Positions 1-12,100 of a DNA stretch of 24,877 nucleotides are shown here, one piece after another; the stretch's first letter is position 1; every line of letters starts with the position of its first letter. The notes beneath the pieces were generated by a model. The model saw only the letters and a program-made list of their open reading frames with translations. It was not told the origin of the DNA and did not search any database. The stretch covers positions 62,001 to 86,877 of the forward strand of contig JYFJ02001209.1 of assembly GCA_000934665.2 (NCBI GenBank), given 5' to 3'. A program made the translations under genes and the position numbers. This stretch comes from Catajapyx aquilonaris. Lineage: Eukaryota.

Positions 1-1
1 C

Positions 2-608
2 ATTGATGGAACCAACATGGAGCTGGTCATCCAACTGCCCAATAATTACCCCTTGGGAAACGTGGTGGTCGACTGCAGACACTGGGTTGGGGTCAGCAAC
101 AGCCAGTGGAGGAACTGGATGTTGCAGCTTACCACTTTTCTCACCCAACAGGTACAGTTAAAAGTCGTTTTCATTTTGCACCTTCGACAATTGAATGTTT
201 GTGCTCCATATTATGTTGTATTGTTGCTGCCATACAAAAGTTTCCCTTCTGATTTACAAACAGAATGGATCCATATTGGATGGGCTAGCCATGTGGAAGC
301 GCAACTTTGATAAGCGCTTTGAGGGCGTGGAGGAATGCTACATTTGCTACTACGTGCTTCATGGATCCAACTACCAGCTGCCAAAACTGCAGTGCCGCAC
401 TTGCAAGAAGAAGTTCCACTCAGCCTGCCTTGTGAGTCCCTTTTGCTCTCATTTTCAACTCACATTACGAGTTGTCACTGTCAAGTCAGATTTTGTAGCC
501 AATGCACAGCGTACTCAAGCAATTCATGTTCTCTTCTTTCCTTCCCAGTACAAGTGGTTCAGCACAAGCAACAACTCGGCTTGTCCACTCTGCAGAAATC
601 TGTTCTGA
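2..608 (+). CDS. LTN1: E3 ubiquitin-protein ligase listerin, C-terminal part (RWD end + RING-CH finger); 5' part lies outside the window
   Basis: Exons <2-151, 264-431, 549-608(TGA); GT-AG introns 152-263 and 432-548, both phase 0. The spliced peptide ...[14 protein letters not shown]...[90 protein letters not shown] matches the conserved listerin C-terminus. Confidence 0.96.
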
Positions 609-647
609 TGGGGATATACTGTATGTACTTTCTGGTTTGTTCCTGTA

Positions 648-653
648 AATAAA
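648..653 (+). terminator. Putative polyadenylation signal of LTN1
   Basis: AATAAA 40 nt after the LTN1 stop codon. Confidence 0.55.
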
Positions 654-756
654 AGTCTCGACACATCCATCGCGTTCAGTGCTTATTTTCAGATGACATT
701 GCATGGAATAGCCTGTTGATCGAGCCTAATTTTCATTAAGATTACCTCGCAGACAC

Positions 757-845
757 GATCCTGGACTGGTAGAAGTCCCGTAGGTTGTGCCGTTGCGCCC
801 AGCTTTCAAGGTCATCGAAGTCCCACCACCACGGCAAAATAGCAG
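757..845 (-). mobile_element. Diverged RTE-clade LINE 5'-UTR-like fragment (or body of an RTE-derived SINE)
   Basis: Plus-strand CAGCTTTCAAGGTCATCGAAG...CCACCACGGCAAAATAG resembles the reverse complement of the RTE/BovB-type 5' UTR motif as I recall it, and of the fragment at 15129-15252. Similarity judged by eye. Confidence 0.3.
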
Positions 846-1422
846 CGGGGGGTGAGACATCACGACTCATGTGGCCTATTACGTTACGAGCCACTTAATA
901 CAAAAAGCAATAAAACACTAACAAGAAATTGAAAAATTTATTCCCACATTTGCTACATTCTCTCAGACCATGCAATGTCATGAACACAATCACTACAAAA
1001 CCTGACAGCCACAATTGGTTCCAACTGTTGGATTACATAAATCAAAATCTAGTTCTATGCACTAACATCAAGGCATTATGTTTTGTCTGTGTTTACAAGT
1101 CCTGCTGCATCCCATTGACAATGTTGGGCTCGATTGTTTTTTTAAATATTTTAATGAACTGTAACAAACTTTGAATTGAGGATTGCATGCAACAGTTTTA
1201 ATGTTGACGAGAATATTCATTGAGAAACTGAATTGCATCAACGTGACTTACGCATTCAAGAGGGTACCTTGTGACAACGTGAAAATTATAACATAACAGC
1301 AGTCTCTCTCTTTGTAACAATTTACCACAGTGCTTAAATCCTGAATGAAAGTTTGTTAGGGCAATTAACAGTATTTATTTGACTGTCACTCTTCAGTGTA
1401 AAAATAAAATGCATTGCAGTGG

Positions 1423-2293
1423 CTAGACTTGCAAGTCAGAAGGCTTGTAGTATGGTCGACACCTTTCGTAAAAGAGCTTCATGCTTCGGTCCTTCACCAC
1501 CTCTTCAATATTCAGTTCTGACTGCAGTAGGCGTAACTGGAAAAGGGGAAAAAACCATAATAATAAAAATGATTTATAATTTATTATAATATGCAGAATT
1601 TTTGGGCCAAATACTTGACATTGTTTATTAACCTTTGTCTGCTCCTTCCGGAGTGACTTTAAAAGTTCAATATCATTAGGGTTTCCAACCCTATTGCCCT
1701 TCAGCTGCTCCACCTTCTGGCTCACCATCTTGATGCACTTCTTGATGGCCGATTCCCGCTCACTGTAGTTGCTCTGCATCTACAAAAGCAACACATGTCA
1801 GAGGATATGTGGCCAAACTGCAAGTTCACAGCTTACCTGCCCATACAAATCTTGACAGGTAGCTGACGGGTCCACCGTTGACTTGAACGAATCCGTCGGC
1901 AAAGACGTGTTGAGGGCATACACAATTTTGTCATCACACACCCTCATCCTCTTCAACGCCTCCTGAAACATTACAGGGTGATGATGTACACAGTATTTGA
2001 CATGGGACCAAAAAGCACTGCATGGACAGCTGTGTTTGAAACCCCAGTACAGTCTGCCAAATCATCAGTTCCCAACTAAAGTGAAGCTGATGGAACATAT
2101 CAGCCGACTTATCAGCGTGAGTGTTCCACAGAAACGGCTGGCCTCACGCCCCAAGTATCACCCTCCTGACCTAACCTTTCCCCGTGTCCAGCCGGACAAT
2201 ACCAACGTGGCCCGCAAAACACTCCGTGGGCAACAAACCAACCTGAAACTCCATGAAATCGCCACATTGAGGCATCGACATGGAAGTCGCCAT
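1423..2293 (-). CDS. CCDC58: Coiled-coil domain-containing protein 58 / MIX23 (mitochondrial intermembrane-space protein), 145 aa
   Basis: Exons (minus) 2293-2243, 1962-1837, 1779-1633, 1536-1423; all introns GT-AG, phase 0. Protein MATSMSMPQCGDFMEFQ|EALKRMRVCDDKIVYALNTSLPTDSFK...CQDLYGQ|MQSNYSERESAIKKCI...LRKEQTK|LRLLQSELNIEEVVKDRSMKLFYERCRPYYKPSDLQV* aligns end to end with CCDC58 family motifs (DDxIxxxLNT, LRKEQTKL, QSELNxEEVV). Confidence 0.95.
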
Positions 2294-3168
2294 CTTTAAC
2301 TCTCCAGGTCGGCCAGTCCCCCTCCACCCCCTTAAAAACTCAGCAGCTACTACAATCCAGTAATTAATTAATTGCAGTAGTTATTGCAATTGGGCCGGTA
2401 ATTGCAATTGTTATAATTTGCTGTACAATTTGGAATTCGGGTAGTGACCTTGAGGTGCAGTGTTGCCGACGAGAGATTCCGGAACCCACACCGTTTGGCT
2501 CAGGGTCGGACGGACCCTGAGCCAAACGGTGTGGGTGGGTAGTGGGTTCCCGTTGCTGCTGTCTGAAACCGCGACACGACCGTGCGACCGTGCGGGCCGT
2601 GTCGCGACACGACCGTGCGAGTGCGACCTCTAGCCTCACCATTGGTTCACGGCCGCACGGCTGCACGACCGACCGTCCGACCCTGAGCCAAACGGTGTGG
2701 GTTCCGGAATCTCGCGTTGCCGACATTTTGAATCCGGATTGTTGCAAGTCGATAATTTGGATCCGAAATGGTTGTCCACGCATGCGCACCTTGTCGTTTA
2801 ATTGTGTCCACCTGGCCACCCTGACCCCTCCTGAGCACCCTCCTCCCTCCCTCCTCCCCCTTGGTTGGTTGGATGCCCAGTGTCCGCCGCAGACCTGCAG
2901 CAGTGGTCCCCCCTCCCCCCACCCCTCCTTCATCATCAATCGTCGTATATTCCGCCCGCATTGCCTCCGTCTGGGGCTCGCATCGAGGCCCCCCCCTCCA
3001 TCTTCGCTTCATCCTTGGCTGGTGCCCGAGACAAAGTGCGGCTCTGTACACCCCCCCCTTTGCCCGCAGCACAAGGGAAAAAGCAAGGGAATCGACCAGG
3101 CAGAGGCGACACCCCACCCCAGGGAAGAAGAAGGATAGCCCCCATCGCTGCAGCCGGCATAAGGAAAG
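2294..3168. promoter_or_regulatory. GC/CpG-rich divergent promoter of CCDC58 and KPNA, probably containing a non-coding KPNA exon 1
   Basis: CpG-rich stretch directly upstream of the CCDC58 ATG. NRF1-like CACGCATGCGCA at 2777-2788. Candidate donor AAG|GTGCGT at 3168/3169. The KPNA ATG (6860) directly follows a pyrimidine tract plus AG, implying an upstream UTR exon. Confidence 0.55.
2471..2715. mobile_element. Mutator (MULE)-like MITE, 245 bp
   Basis: Perfect 41-bp inverted repeats 2473-2513 / 2673-2713 (43 bp with 1 mismatch, GAGAG...CTCGC). Flanked by an exact 9-bp direct repeat GTTGCCGAC at 2462-2470 and 2716-2724. A 9-bp TSD with G-starting long TIRs is typical of Mutator. Confidence 0.88.
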
Positions 3169-4065
3169 GTGCGTTTCACATGGGGAATGACCACGCATTA
3201 TTTGCAGGGGCTAATGGTGGGGCCACATTGCATGAGGAGGGGACGGGGGTTGGAATCGTGGGTTCAAGTTGGTAAACAATGACTGACCTTGGGAGGGGAG
3301 GTGCTTTTACCTGGCTGGTATGGTCTGGGTCTGATGGCTGAATAGGGTGGAGCATGTGCCGCTACGATGAAGCGCGGCCTAGTGTCGCATGAGCAAGAAG
3401 TAACCTTTCCAGCTGGCATGTAGCAGCCGCAGTTGTCAGACACTATTATGCAGCAATCATCAAGTTTGCTGGCGCAAATGGGCTGTAACTTATAAATGAG
3501 TATGCAGCAGGGATATCAGTAGTGTGTGTATCCATACAGCATAAGCCTTTAACGAGGTATTTGTTACAATTTCCAGTGTGATTGGATGTAATGGCAAAGC
3601 TCACACTAACACTGCAATCTAGGAATGGGCAGATCATCTTGATAAACAGTGACCTGCGCAGTTCAGGCTTTGAGCAAATCATATCTGTTAATGACTTCCT
3701 TGCTGCCACTTCACCCCACCACTTGTGCGTCCACCACTCTAATTCCCCCCTCCCTTTAAGCTGGGGAGAAGGAAGTGGCATTGGTGAGGTGGGATGCTGC
3801 AGTTCACGCTTTGGTTTGTAAAAGTTGCAGGTGCCATGGCCGCACTGCAATCGTACGAGGGCTAAATTATTACATGTTTTCATATCTCATGTGGTGAGTT
3901 CCGGGGAGTTGTCTACCCTAGCCTCCACTTCCTTGCTTCTCTCTCACCTCATGCCTAAGGCAGGGGCGTAAGCTATCCAGCTCTCGCAGGTTGCTCAGGT
4001 GAACTCACCTGATCATAGCTGCTCAAGCACATGCTGCTTGAAGACTGAGAACATTACTAGTCTAA

Positions 4066-4223
4066 GGCCGGGTTGCACTGGCTCACGGAAAATTTGTCTG
4101 GCCAAAGAAGAGCCAGTATAGTTCATTATTCATTGTTGTCAACAATTCTGTCAACAAGAATAACAAACTATCCTGGCTCTTCTTCGGCCAGACAAATTTT
4201 CCAGGAGCCGGTGCAACCCGGCC
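4066..4223. mobile_element. PIF/Harbinger (Tourist-like) foldback MITE, 158 bp
   Basis: TAA flanks at 4063-4065 and 4224-4226. Inverted repeats start GGCCGGGTTGCA and pair over ~58 bp with 5 mismatches; looser pairing continues toward the centre. Confidence 0.87.
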
Positions 4224-4348
4224 TAAGAGGTGTCTGGATAATACAGAAACTGTAGGTGCATGAGTGGAGGGGGAGTCATTACGAGAAATAGAAGCAACTC
4301 ATTGTGTGACTTGATATTTTGCATTGTTAAGCTGGATGCTGGCCATTA

Positions 4349-4680
4349 GGCGCATTCACAAGAGCGACCTTTGGCCAAAAGGTGGCCAAGACCGTTCACA
4401 CGCTAGTGGCCAGGTTCGGCCAGGAAGGGAAGGTCGCCACCCGAGACATGAAAAACTGGCCGAGCTGGCCATGCTCCGGAAGATGGCCAGCTGTGGCCAG
4501 CAATGGTTGCCAGGAGTAACGCATGCACAGTAGCGACCCTCCCAAGTGCCTCGCAATGCTCACTTGATCCCCAACAACATCTCTTGTGTGGATTGTTATT
4601 TTCGTTTCCTGGCCAGCCGCTGGCCAAGTTTCCATATTGGCCAGGAATTCCTGGCCAAGGGTCGCATGTGTGAATGAGCC
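4349..4680. mobile_element. Older PIF/Harbinger-like MITE rich in TGGCCA repeats, ~332 bp
   Basis: Imperfect ~29-bp TIRs GGCGCATTCACAAGAGCGACCTTTGGCCA / TGGCCAAGGGTCGCATGTGTGAATGAGCC (5 mismatches). Left flank is TTA; the right TSD is not preserved. About ten internal TGGCCA hexamers. Confidence 0.65.
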
Positions 4681-5199
4681 GATTATTAGCCAGGTCAGCC
4701 TTGTTGGTTTCTCAAGTGCCAAGTAGTGACCAATGAAGGAAACCACTGTAAATTACTGGTTTGGAGTATGGGGCGAAAAGGGTTGCTGATAGAATTTGAA
4801 ACGCTGAAGTAGATGATCTGCACCCACCTTATGTTTAAACTGAGGTGGTATTTTAATGCAGGTCACTAAATAGACCACAGTGGAAGAAATTACACCTGCC
4901 AAGTGTTCTTCCACATATTGTATAGAGATCAATCATTATAATGCTAGATGATGCTATTTGTAGCAGGGGTAATAAATATTGTGCTGGTTCATGAATAACT
5001 TTCCTCAAGCTTGCATTTGACATGCTGCGAAAAGGCAAGGAGACATGATGTTAAGTACTCCATGCTAAATGTGAGCTTCAACCCACAATGGAACGCTGCA
5101 AACTCTTCTTATGTCATGGAATAAAAAGTGTTGAAAAGGGCCTGTGGAAATTTCAAGCATTGCCTAGCATACTTTTGTAAGATAGCGTATGCTAGGAAA

Positions 5200-6085
5200 C
5201 AAAAGTGTAATAGAATTGTTCAGCAGGTCCTTTCAACAATATGCAGCAAAGTTATGTAACACAGGGAAATGGAGATGAAGGGTAGATCTTATCGTCATTG
5301 TGGATATTAAAAGGCTTTCAATAGCGGATAATTAAACCGGGCTCCTTCCTGTGGCAATTTGGGAAGGGAAAGTGGAAGTCTGAATATATGTCTTTTCATG
5401 ACGCTGTTTTAGAATCCAGGGAAATGCACTTTGCTAATTGATAGTGACTGTGTGTTGCAGGTGATGGACACTCGTAACGTGAATGTAAGTCCTTTAGCAG
5501 CCTAATCATACAGTGTTGGGTACTTGGCATTTCAGTAGGAAATAGGTTGGGCTGCGGTGAGCGTTACGGGATTTAATGACAGTTTACTGGCATTAATGGC
5601 TAAGTGCTCAAGTAAACAATCGAGACTTATGTGACTAGCCCGCAGTGTATGTAGATAAATAATAATATAGAAAAGGAATCAGGGACTGCTAGCATAACAT
5701 GAGATACTAGAAAGAAGGTTGAGGCAGGGTTACAAGGCAGATGATGCTACTAATGTGTAAGTAATAGATGGTCTGGTGCTGACTGTGGGGGGTGGTTGAT
5801 CATGGCCTTGACCTTGAGTTTTGTGAAAGCTACACATGGATGCTTGGCCTTGCCAGTTTTCAGTTGGAAAAATAAGTGTAAGCAGAACAGATGAGCCTCA
5901 TTTTGAATAACTGCTGGGAAAGAGGAGCACATTGCAAGCTTTGCTTTCCATTGTTGTGACAGGCAACACAGAAATTTCATAGTTCGTGTTGAGTAATGAA
6001 CATGGGGAACAAGAAGGATTTCTTGTGGATTTGGAAGTGGAGTAAGGAAATAGTGGCTTTATGGGAGGAAGTCAAGATACATTTC
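5200..6085 (+). mobile_element. Heavily decayed non-LTR retrotransposon reverse-transcriptase remnant in the presumed KPNA intron 1
   Basis: Frameshifted RT-like motifs in the expected order: LSTICSKV (5230-5253), DIK(K)AFNS (5303-5325), GING*VLK (~5589-5612), LRQG (5719-5730), ADD (5737-5745), and ALWEEV (~6056-6073). Confidence 0.5.
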
Positions 6086-6859
6086 CTTTCTAATCATTTA
6101 AATATAACTCACAGTAACACTTGAATAATATATTGCCCGTACTCTTGCCCGTACTGCTATTGGGGAAAAAATGTGCAGTACAAAATATATATTTTTCCAA
6201 TCAATGTCTTATCTTGAGCTGTTCCAATTGATATATTGGATGATATCGACATTGATAGGGCAGGTTGTTTGGATTAGTTTTACGATAGCTGAAAACATCA
6301 TTGCTATTCACATTTTCTCATTGTATTGTTCAGCAATATTGACCTTCTACCATCTGGAGAATGTGACGTTCACTAGGAGCAATTTTGTAGTAATATAAGG
6401 AAGTTATCTCAGGGATTGTATAACACTGATTACTAGGGATCTGCCATAACGTGGAGATACCAAGATACTCTTGTAAAATCCATTATGTGCAGAACTTTCT
6501 CTTTCCTTTTCGCCCGATGTTTTGCTTTCTGCTTTTAGCCTACATGGGAAAGTGAGACGGATTCTTGCAGCATTAAAAAGGTCAAATGAAACATGTGAGC
6601 GTGATTTGTAAACAATTTCCAAGCGAGATTTTTCTAGGTTCGTCTTTCCGAATTTAAGATGCAGTTTCACATTAAATTTGCATGTCATATTTAAGAGAGA
6701 ATGTTGCTTTGTGAAGGTGCATCAGTGTGCAGTAATGTATTGATATGTTTGTGCTCCTAAGTAGCATTCGACATTGGCTTTTAGCACCCCAAACAGTTCC
6801 TAAGTGATCATGTGTGATGTCCCATTCCATTGAGCCATGTTCTGTTCTTCTTTTTAAAG

Positions 6860-9110
6860 ATGTCGGCCCAAACCCACAAGTACAAGTATAAAAACATGGG
6901 GCTGGACTCCCAAGAGCTCCGCCGTCGCAGAGAGGAGGAGGGTGTCCAACTCCGAAAGCAGAAGAGGGAGCAGCAGCTATTCAAGCGCCGCAATGTCAAC
7001 ATCCCGGCAGACTCCCTCCCTGACGAAGCTGACATCTCGGGCTCCATGCAGGAGGACATCATATCTTCCCCATCCACCCAGCGGAGCGGCATAACTCCGG
7101 AGATGGTGCAGTTCTTGTACAGTCCCAGTGTGGAGGACCATCTGGCTGCCACCCAAAAATTTAGGAAGCTGCTGTCCAGAGAGCCAAACCCTCCCATTGA
7201 CGAAGTTATACAGACAGGAATTGTGCCCAGATTTGTGGAATTTCTGCAGAACAGCAGCAACTGCACCTTGCAGGTCAGGGATTAACAGCAGCAGTCATCC
7301 AATCAGTTTGTCTGACATCCAACCTGCTCTCTTTCCAGTTTGAGGCTGCATGGGCATTGACCAACATAGCATCAGGCACATCCCTTCAGACCCGAATAGT
7401 TATAGAAGCAGGTGCTGTTCCAATCTTCATCCAATTATTGGCATCCGATTACGAAGACGTTCAAGAACAGGCAGTTTGGGCTCTTGGAAACATTGCTGGA
7501 GACTCACCAGACTGTCGAGATTATGTCCTGGACCAAGGGATACTCGTCCCACTTCTACAGTCAGTATACCCTCACCTTTCTTGACTTGTTGGGATTTGGG
7601 GTGTGGGAATTTATGACCAGTTGGAAGTGAGAAACTTGTGTTTATGAAACTCCCTAGTGCGATGCTATATCACTTGCAAATGGCTCTTGTTACCCATGCC
7701 TTTATCTCTGTCAATTTGTTTGGCATGTACTTTTAATTGTTGGACTTAATCATAAGGTGATGTGTTACTTTATGTGAGTTATGCCTTCTTGCTGCAACAG
7801 GCTTCTGAGCAAGTCAAATCGCCTGTCAATGACCCGGAATGCAGTGTGGGCCCTCTCAAACCTGTGCCGTGGAAAGAGCCCACCTCCAGAGTTTCCCAAG
7901 GTGTCCCCATGTCTACCAGTGATATCCCGCCTGCTGTTCCACAACGACCCAGACGTCCTGGCAGATGCCTGCTGGGCCCTATCCTATCTCTCAGATGGCC
8001 CCAATGAAAAGATCCAAGCAGTCATTGACGCTGGAGTCTGTCGACGCCTGGTGGAGCTGCTCATGCACAGCCAGCAGACGGTTGTGAGCGCAGCCCTGAG
8101 GGCGGTGGGCAACATTGTGACTGGTGACGACGTTCAGACCCAGGTGATTCTGAACTGCTCGGCCCTCCCCTGCCTGCTGCATCTCCTCAGCTCACCCAAA
8201 GAGTCCATTCGGAAGGAGGCATGCTGGACCATATCCAACATTACTGCCGGGAACAGGCAGCAGATTCAGGCAGTAATTGACGGGAACATCTTCCCAGTGC
8301 TCATAGACATCCTGGGAAAGGCTGAGTTCAAGACCAGGAAGGAGGCTGCCTGGGCAATTACCAATGCCACGTCTGGCGGCACACCAGAGCAGATTAGGTA
8401 CCTTGTCGAGCAGGTTAGTGTCAGCCTCAAGCACTGAATATGTGAATTCTCGATTGATTCTGCACAGTACGGGTATTTTGGACTAAGTGATGGCGCACGG
8501 ACAATTGCCGACATCTACTCTGGTTTTTTTAGGGCTGCATCTCCCCCCTCTGTGATCTCCTGACCGTGATGGACGCCAAGATTGTCCAGGTGGCCCTCAA
8601 TGGCCTGGAGAACATCCTTAGGTTAGGAGAGCAGGACGCCAAGGCACAGGGAGGGGTCAATCCGCATGCTGTTCTCATAGAGGAATGCTATGGTAATTAT
8701 TATCCACTCTATCCCACTTTGTCAGAAGACTTCTGAAATTACAAGACATGCAGATGTAAGTGTAAATGTAGACATGTTGCAATGTTGTTCTAAGCTTCAT
8801 TCATAACCTACGTCCACTATAGCCAGGCTTCACTGTACATGATAAAATATTTGTGTGCGTTGTTGCCTTTTCTCTCGCATAAGAGGATTACCTCTAACGA
8901 TGTATTTTTGTTCACCTAGGTTTGGACAAGATTGAATTCCTCCAGTCACATGAGAACATGGAGATCTACCAGAAGGCATTTGACATAATCGAGCACTACT
9001 TTGGGAGCGAGGATGAGGACACCAAGGTGGCCCCCAGTGTCGAGACCGGTGCCCAGCAGTACCAATTTACAGCTGCTGAGGGAGTACCCATGGGTGGGTT
9101 CCAGTTTTGA
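6860..9110 (+). CDS. KPNA6: Importin subunit alpha, alpha-1 (KPNA1/KPNA5/KPNA6) subfamily, 532 aa
   Basis: Exons 6860-7273, 7339-7559, 7801-8413, 8533-8692, 8920-9110 (1599 nt; GT-AG; phases 0,2,0,1). IBB domain ([36 protein letters not shown]), ARM repeats ([54 protein letters not shown]) and C-terminal GGFQF. Likely co-ortholog of vertebrate KPNA1/5/6, so the symbol is nominal. Confidence 0.96.
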
Positions 9111-12100
9111 TGGCCACCACAACAAGCACGTCTGCTTACCTTTATGTTGATCCCCGCTTAATGAAAGCTGGAGGGAGTTATACATCTGCCCCACTTTTAT
9201 CCTACCACTGCTTCCCACCCCCTCAACGTTTATGCAGTGGTTTAGTTTTTTCTTCCTGAGGCCATGTCCACTGCTTCTGTGGAAAGTAGGCGAATCAATT
9301 GCAATGAGTCAGCATTTTGTTGTAATCAACGTTCCGTGATCACCACATTGGGCGTCCATTCCTTTGATGACAGTTTTACGTTGAGAAATTAACAAAGTGG
9401 ACCCCATTTTATTAAATCATGTGCATGCAGATATCACCAAAATGGGATGGGATTACGTATAGTGATTCTAAAATTACAAATGCGGGGGTGTTGTGCATTT
9501 TTTTCCGAGCCCTCCAACATTTGATGAAATAAACTGGATGGTTGTTTGACTGCCTGTTCCTTCAAACAGTCAGCAGTGGGTTCACTTTTCTTTTTTCTTC
9601 TTCTTTAGTTACTTGCCACTTGTCAGTGCCCTACATTTTTTAATCACAGCAAAGTGTAGGGGGTAAGTCAGCCCACATGTAATTTCTCTTTCTGGAGCCA
9701 ACAGCTTCTGGGCAACGTCTCAGCATTCCTTTTAATCCACTTTCTGCATCTCCTTCCACTTTTGCCAGTTAGGAAACGGAGGATTGCAGTCTGTCCAGAC
9801 CCATTAGGTTGTTGGTCCAAACACATTTTTTCCTGTCAGTGAAGTGTTATTCCCTATTACAATTTTAAAAAATTAGTAAGCTAGGGTCCCTTCCATTCAT
9901 CAGAATGCATTGTAGACTGGTTTAGTTTGTAATCATGCATTTAAGGAAGGAAGGAGACTTGCAGCATTGAAACACTGGACAGACTCGAAGCCTTCAGTAA
10001 AATAATTGCCCAATCATTGTGTGAACTGAATTTATGGTGGCGTTGCAAATGACTGCAGTGCGCACTAGTGACTTTTAAAAGTGTAATCGAGTCACTCCAG
10101 TCCCAAACCATGGAATAGTGTCCCACCCATTTCGAAGCATAATATTATATTATTAATTCGTGGAGAGCATCCATACCTGGCCTTTACCCCTGAAATAATT
10201 TGGGTACAATTTCATCCTTTTGTTGTGCTTTATTTTTGTGGGTAAATTAATGACCTCGATGTAGCATGTAAGGATAGGGAGGTTCTGTTAGAGCAAAATG
10301 AATTGCCTGGAACCTGGCTCTTGCATGGAATTTGGCTTTGCACTTCCAGCCAGAAAGAAAGAAATTTCACCAAAATAGCATAATAATAGGGTTTATTTCA
10401 AAACTGGTATGTGATGCTCTCCCAAGATTTTGAGAAGGTTTTAGGAGAATAATATTGTCTGCCAACTTTTTCATCGTCATCTGGTGCGAGTGTGATGGAC
10501 GCTGGTCCCCTCCCAACATGCTGTTCTTCGCTTTCCTTTGTGGTTTGTGTTGTACCCTTTCCATTTCGCTTACCCATGAAGCCAGCTTGGAGCAACTTGG
10601 CATTCTTCTCAGACACAACCTACTAAGACAATAGGGCAATAGAGTATTTTATGACTTAAATGCAATCCATACAGGGAAATACAGAGGGTGTCATTCTAGC
10701 AACAATGCTATGCCATGTTAAATTTTTTGATTCAATAATATAACTTGACGTTAAATGAATCGTGTTGTCATATTCAGAAAGGATTTGAACTGCAGAATAA
10801 ATGGGTTGTGTACAATATACAAATCTTTCAATTTTATGTCAGAATATATTTGATGCAGTAGTTACAGGTCATTATTTATAGAACGAGATATATTGATTAG
10901 TTTTAACTGCATGATGTGCTGCTATGAGAATTAGTTCTGCCTCTCAATTCATTTGACAAGATTATTGGATCCGGTTTTACGTGTTGCTTTCTTAAGATCA
11001 TGCATTTCCATAATATGCAAAGTCACTTCAAGTTGACTTCACCTTTTCTGACCTTGCCTCCAGTAAGCATACTTCACTCACCTTTATTTCCAGCAGCTGC
11101 AGTTTTGAGTTGGGAGAAAGTGTATTGCATATCTTTGAAGACGCTTGACATTTTTTCACAGCTATTAGTGTGGGAGATGGGCCAGTAATAGTTGTGGTCT
11201 GAGTGTGTGCCTGCCGTGGACCAGACTGCATATTAATTGCTGTGACAGACAAGTTCAACACCTTCCTTACCCTTTATTTTGGGGTGCGGATAAATTGGCA
11301 GCATCATTTGCAACATCGCTTGCATGATGCTGCTCAGTTTCAATGCGCATCCGCCCCTCAAAGGCCACATCATACATTCAAGCAAACGCTTACACACTAC
11401 ATACACGGACACATACACGCACACGACTCTTGCTGGATTTGACGTTCCACACAAAACTTCCCCAGTATAATATTTGTAGAGGGAGTGTTTGGGATGGCTA
11501 CATGATACCATATGACAATATGTGTCTACATGTGTATGCACACAAAAAACACATTGGGAAGCAGTGTTTGATGCGCAAAGAAGTAAATATTTTTGTTGGT
11601 TCTTCAAACTGAAATGGCTTAGTCTCATGATGCTGCACAAGCCCTGCTTCTCCGATTACACTAATAGTTGCATGTTTACACACACATACACATACAAAAA
11701 AAAACACATACTTTGAAAACAAGACTGCTCGATTGTGTCTTCAGTGATACAAGCTTAAAACCAACTATCTGTGAAAAGGAGCGAAAAAGAAGAGGAAAAA
11801 AAAAAAGAAGTTCTATTGATATTCTTATGCCTTAAGAGTAGATTTTGACAGTCATTAATCAAGACCACTTGTGCCAAGTTCAAATAGGATTGTGATTTAT
11901 AAGTCACTTACCTTACCTTTCCTTTACCTTATTTTTTTTCCTCAATTTCTACTATATAATATCTTACGACCAATATTTTCTGTTTGGAAATCCCGGTGAA
12001 ATGAATTCGACATTTCTGTAGCCTGCCGTGAAATGAACCGAGGCACAGAATTTCACTGAACCAAAATTGGAAGCCGTGCTTTCTAACTCTATGCAAAAAG

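Noticed and set aside
2364..3275. Several overlapping 60-200 aa ORFs on both strands
   Set aside because: Arise from GC-rich promoter DNA and a MITE; Pro/Gly/Arg-biased with no recognisable domain.
5163..5196. 10-bp inverted repeat CCTAGCATAC/GTATGCTAGG
   Set aside because: Too short and isolated to separate from chance or repeat debris.
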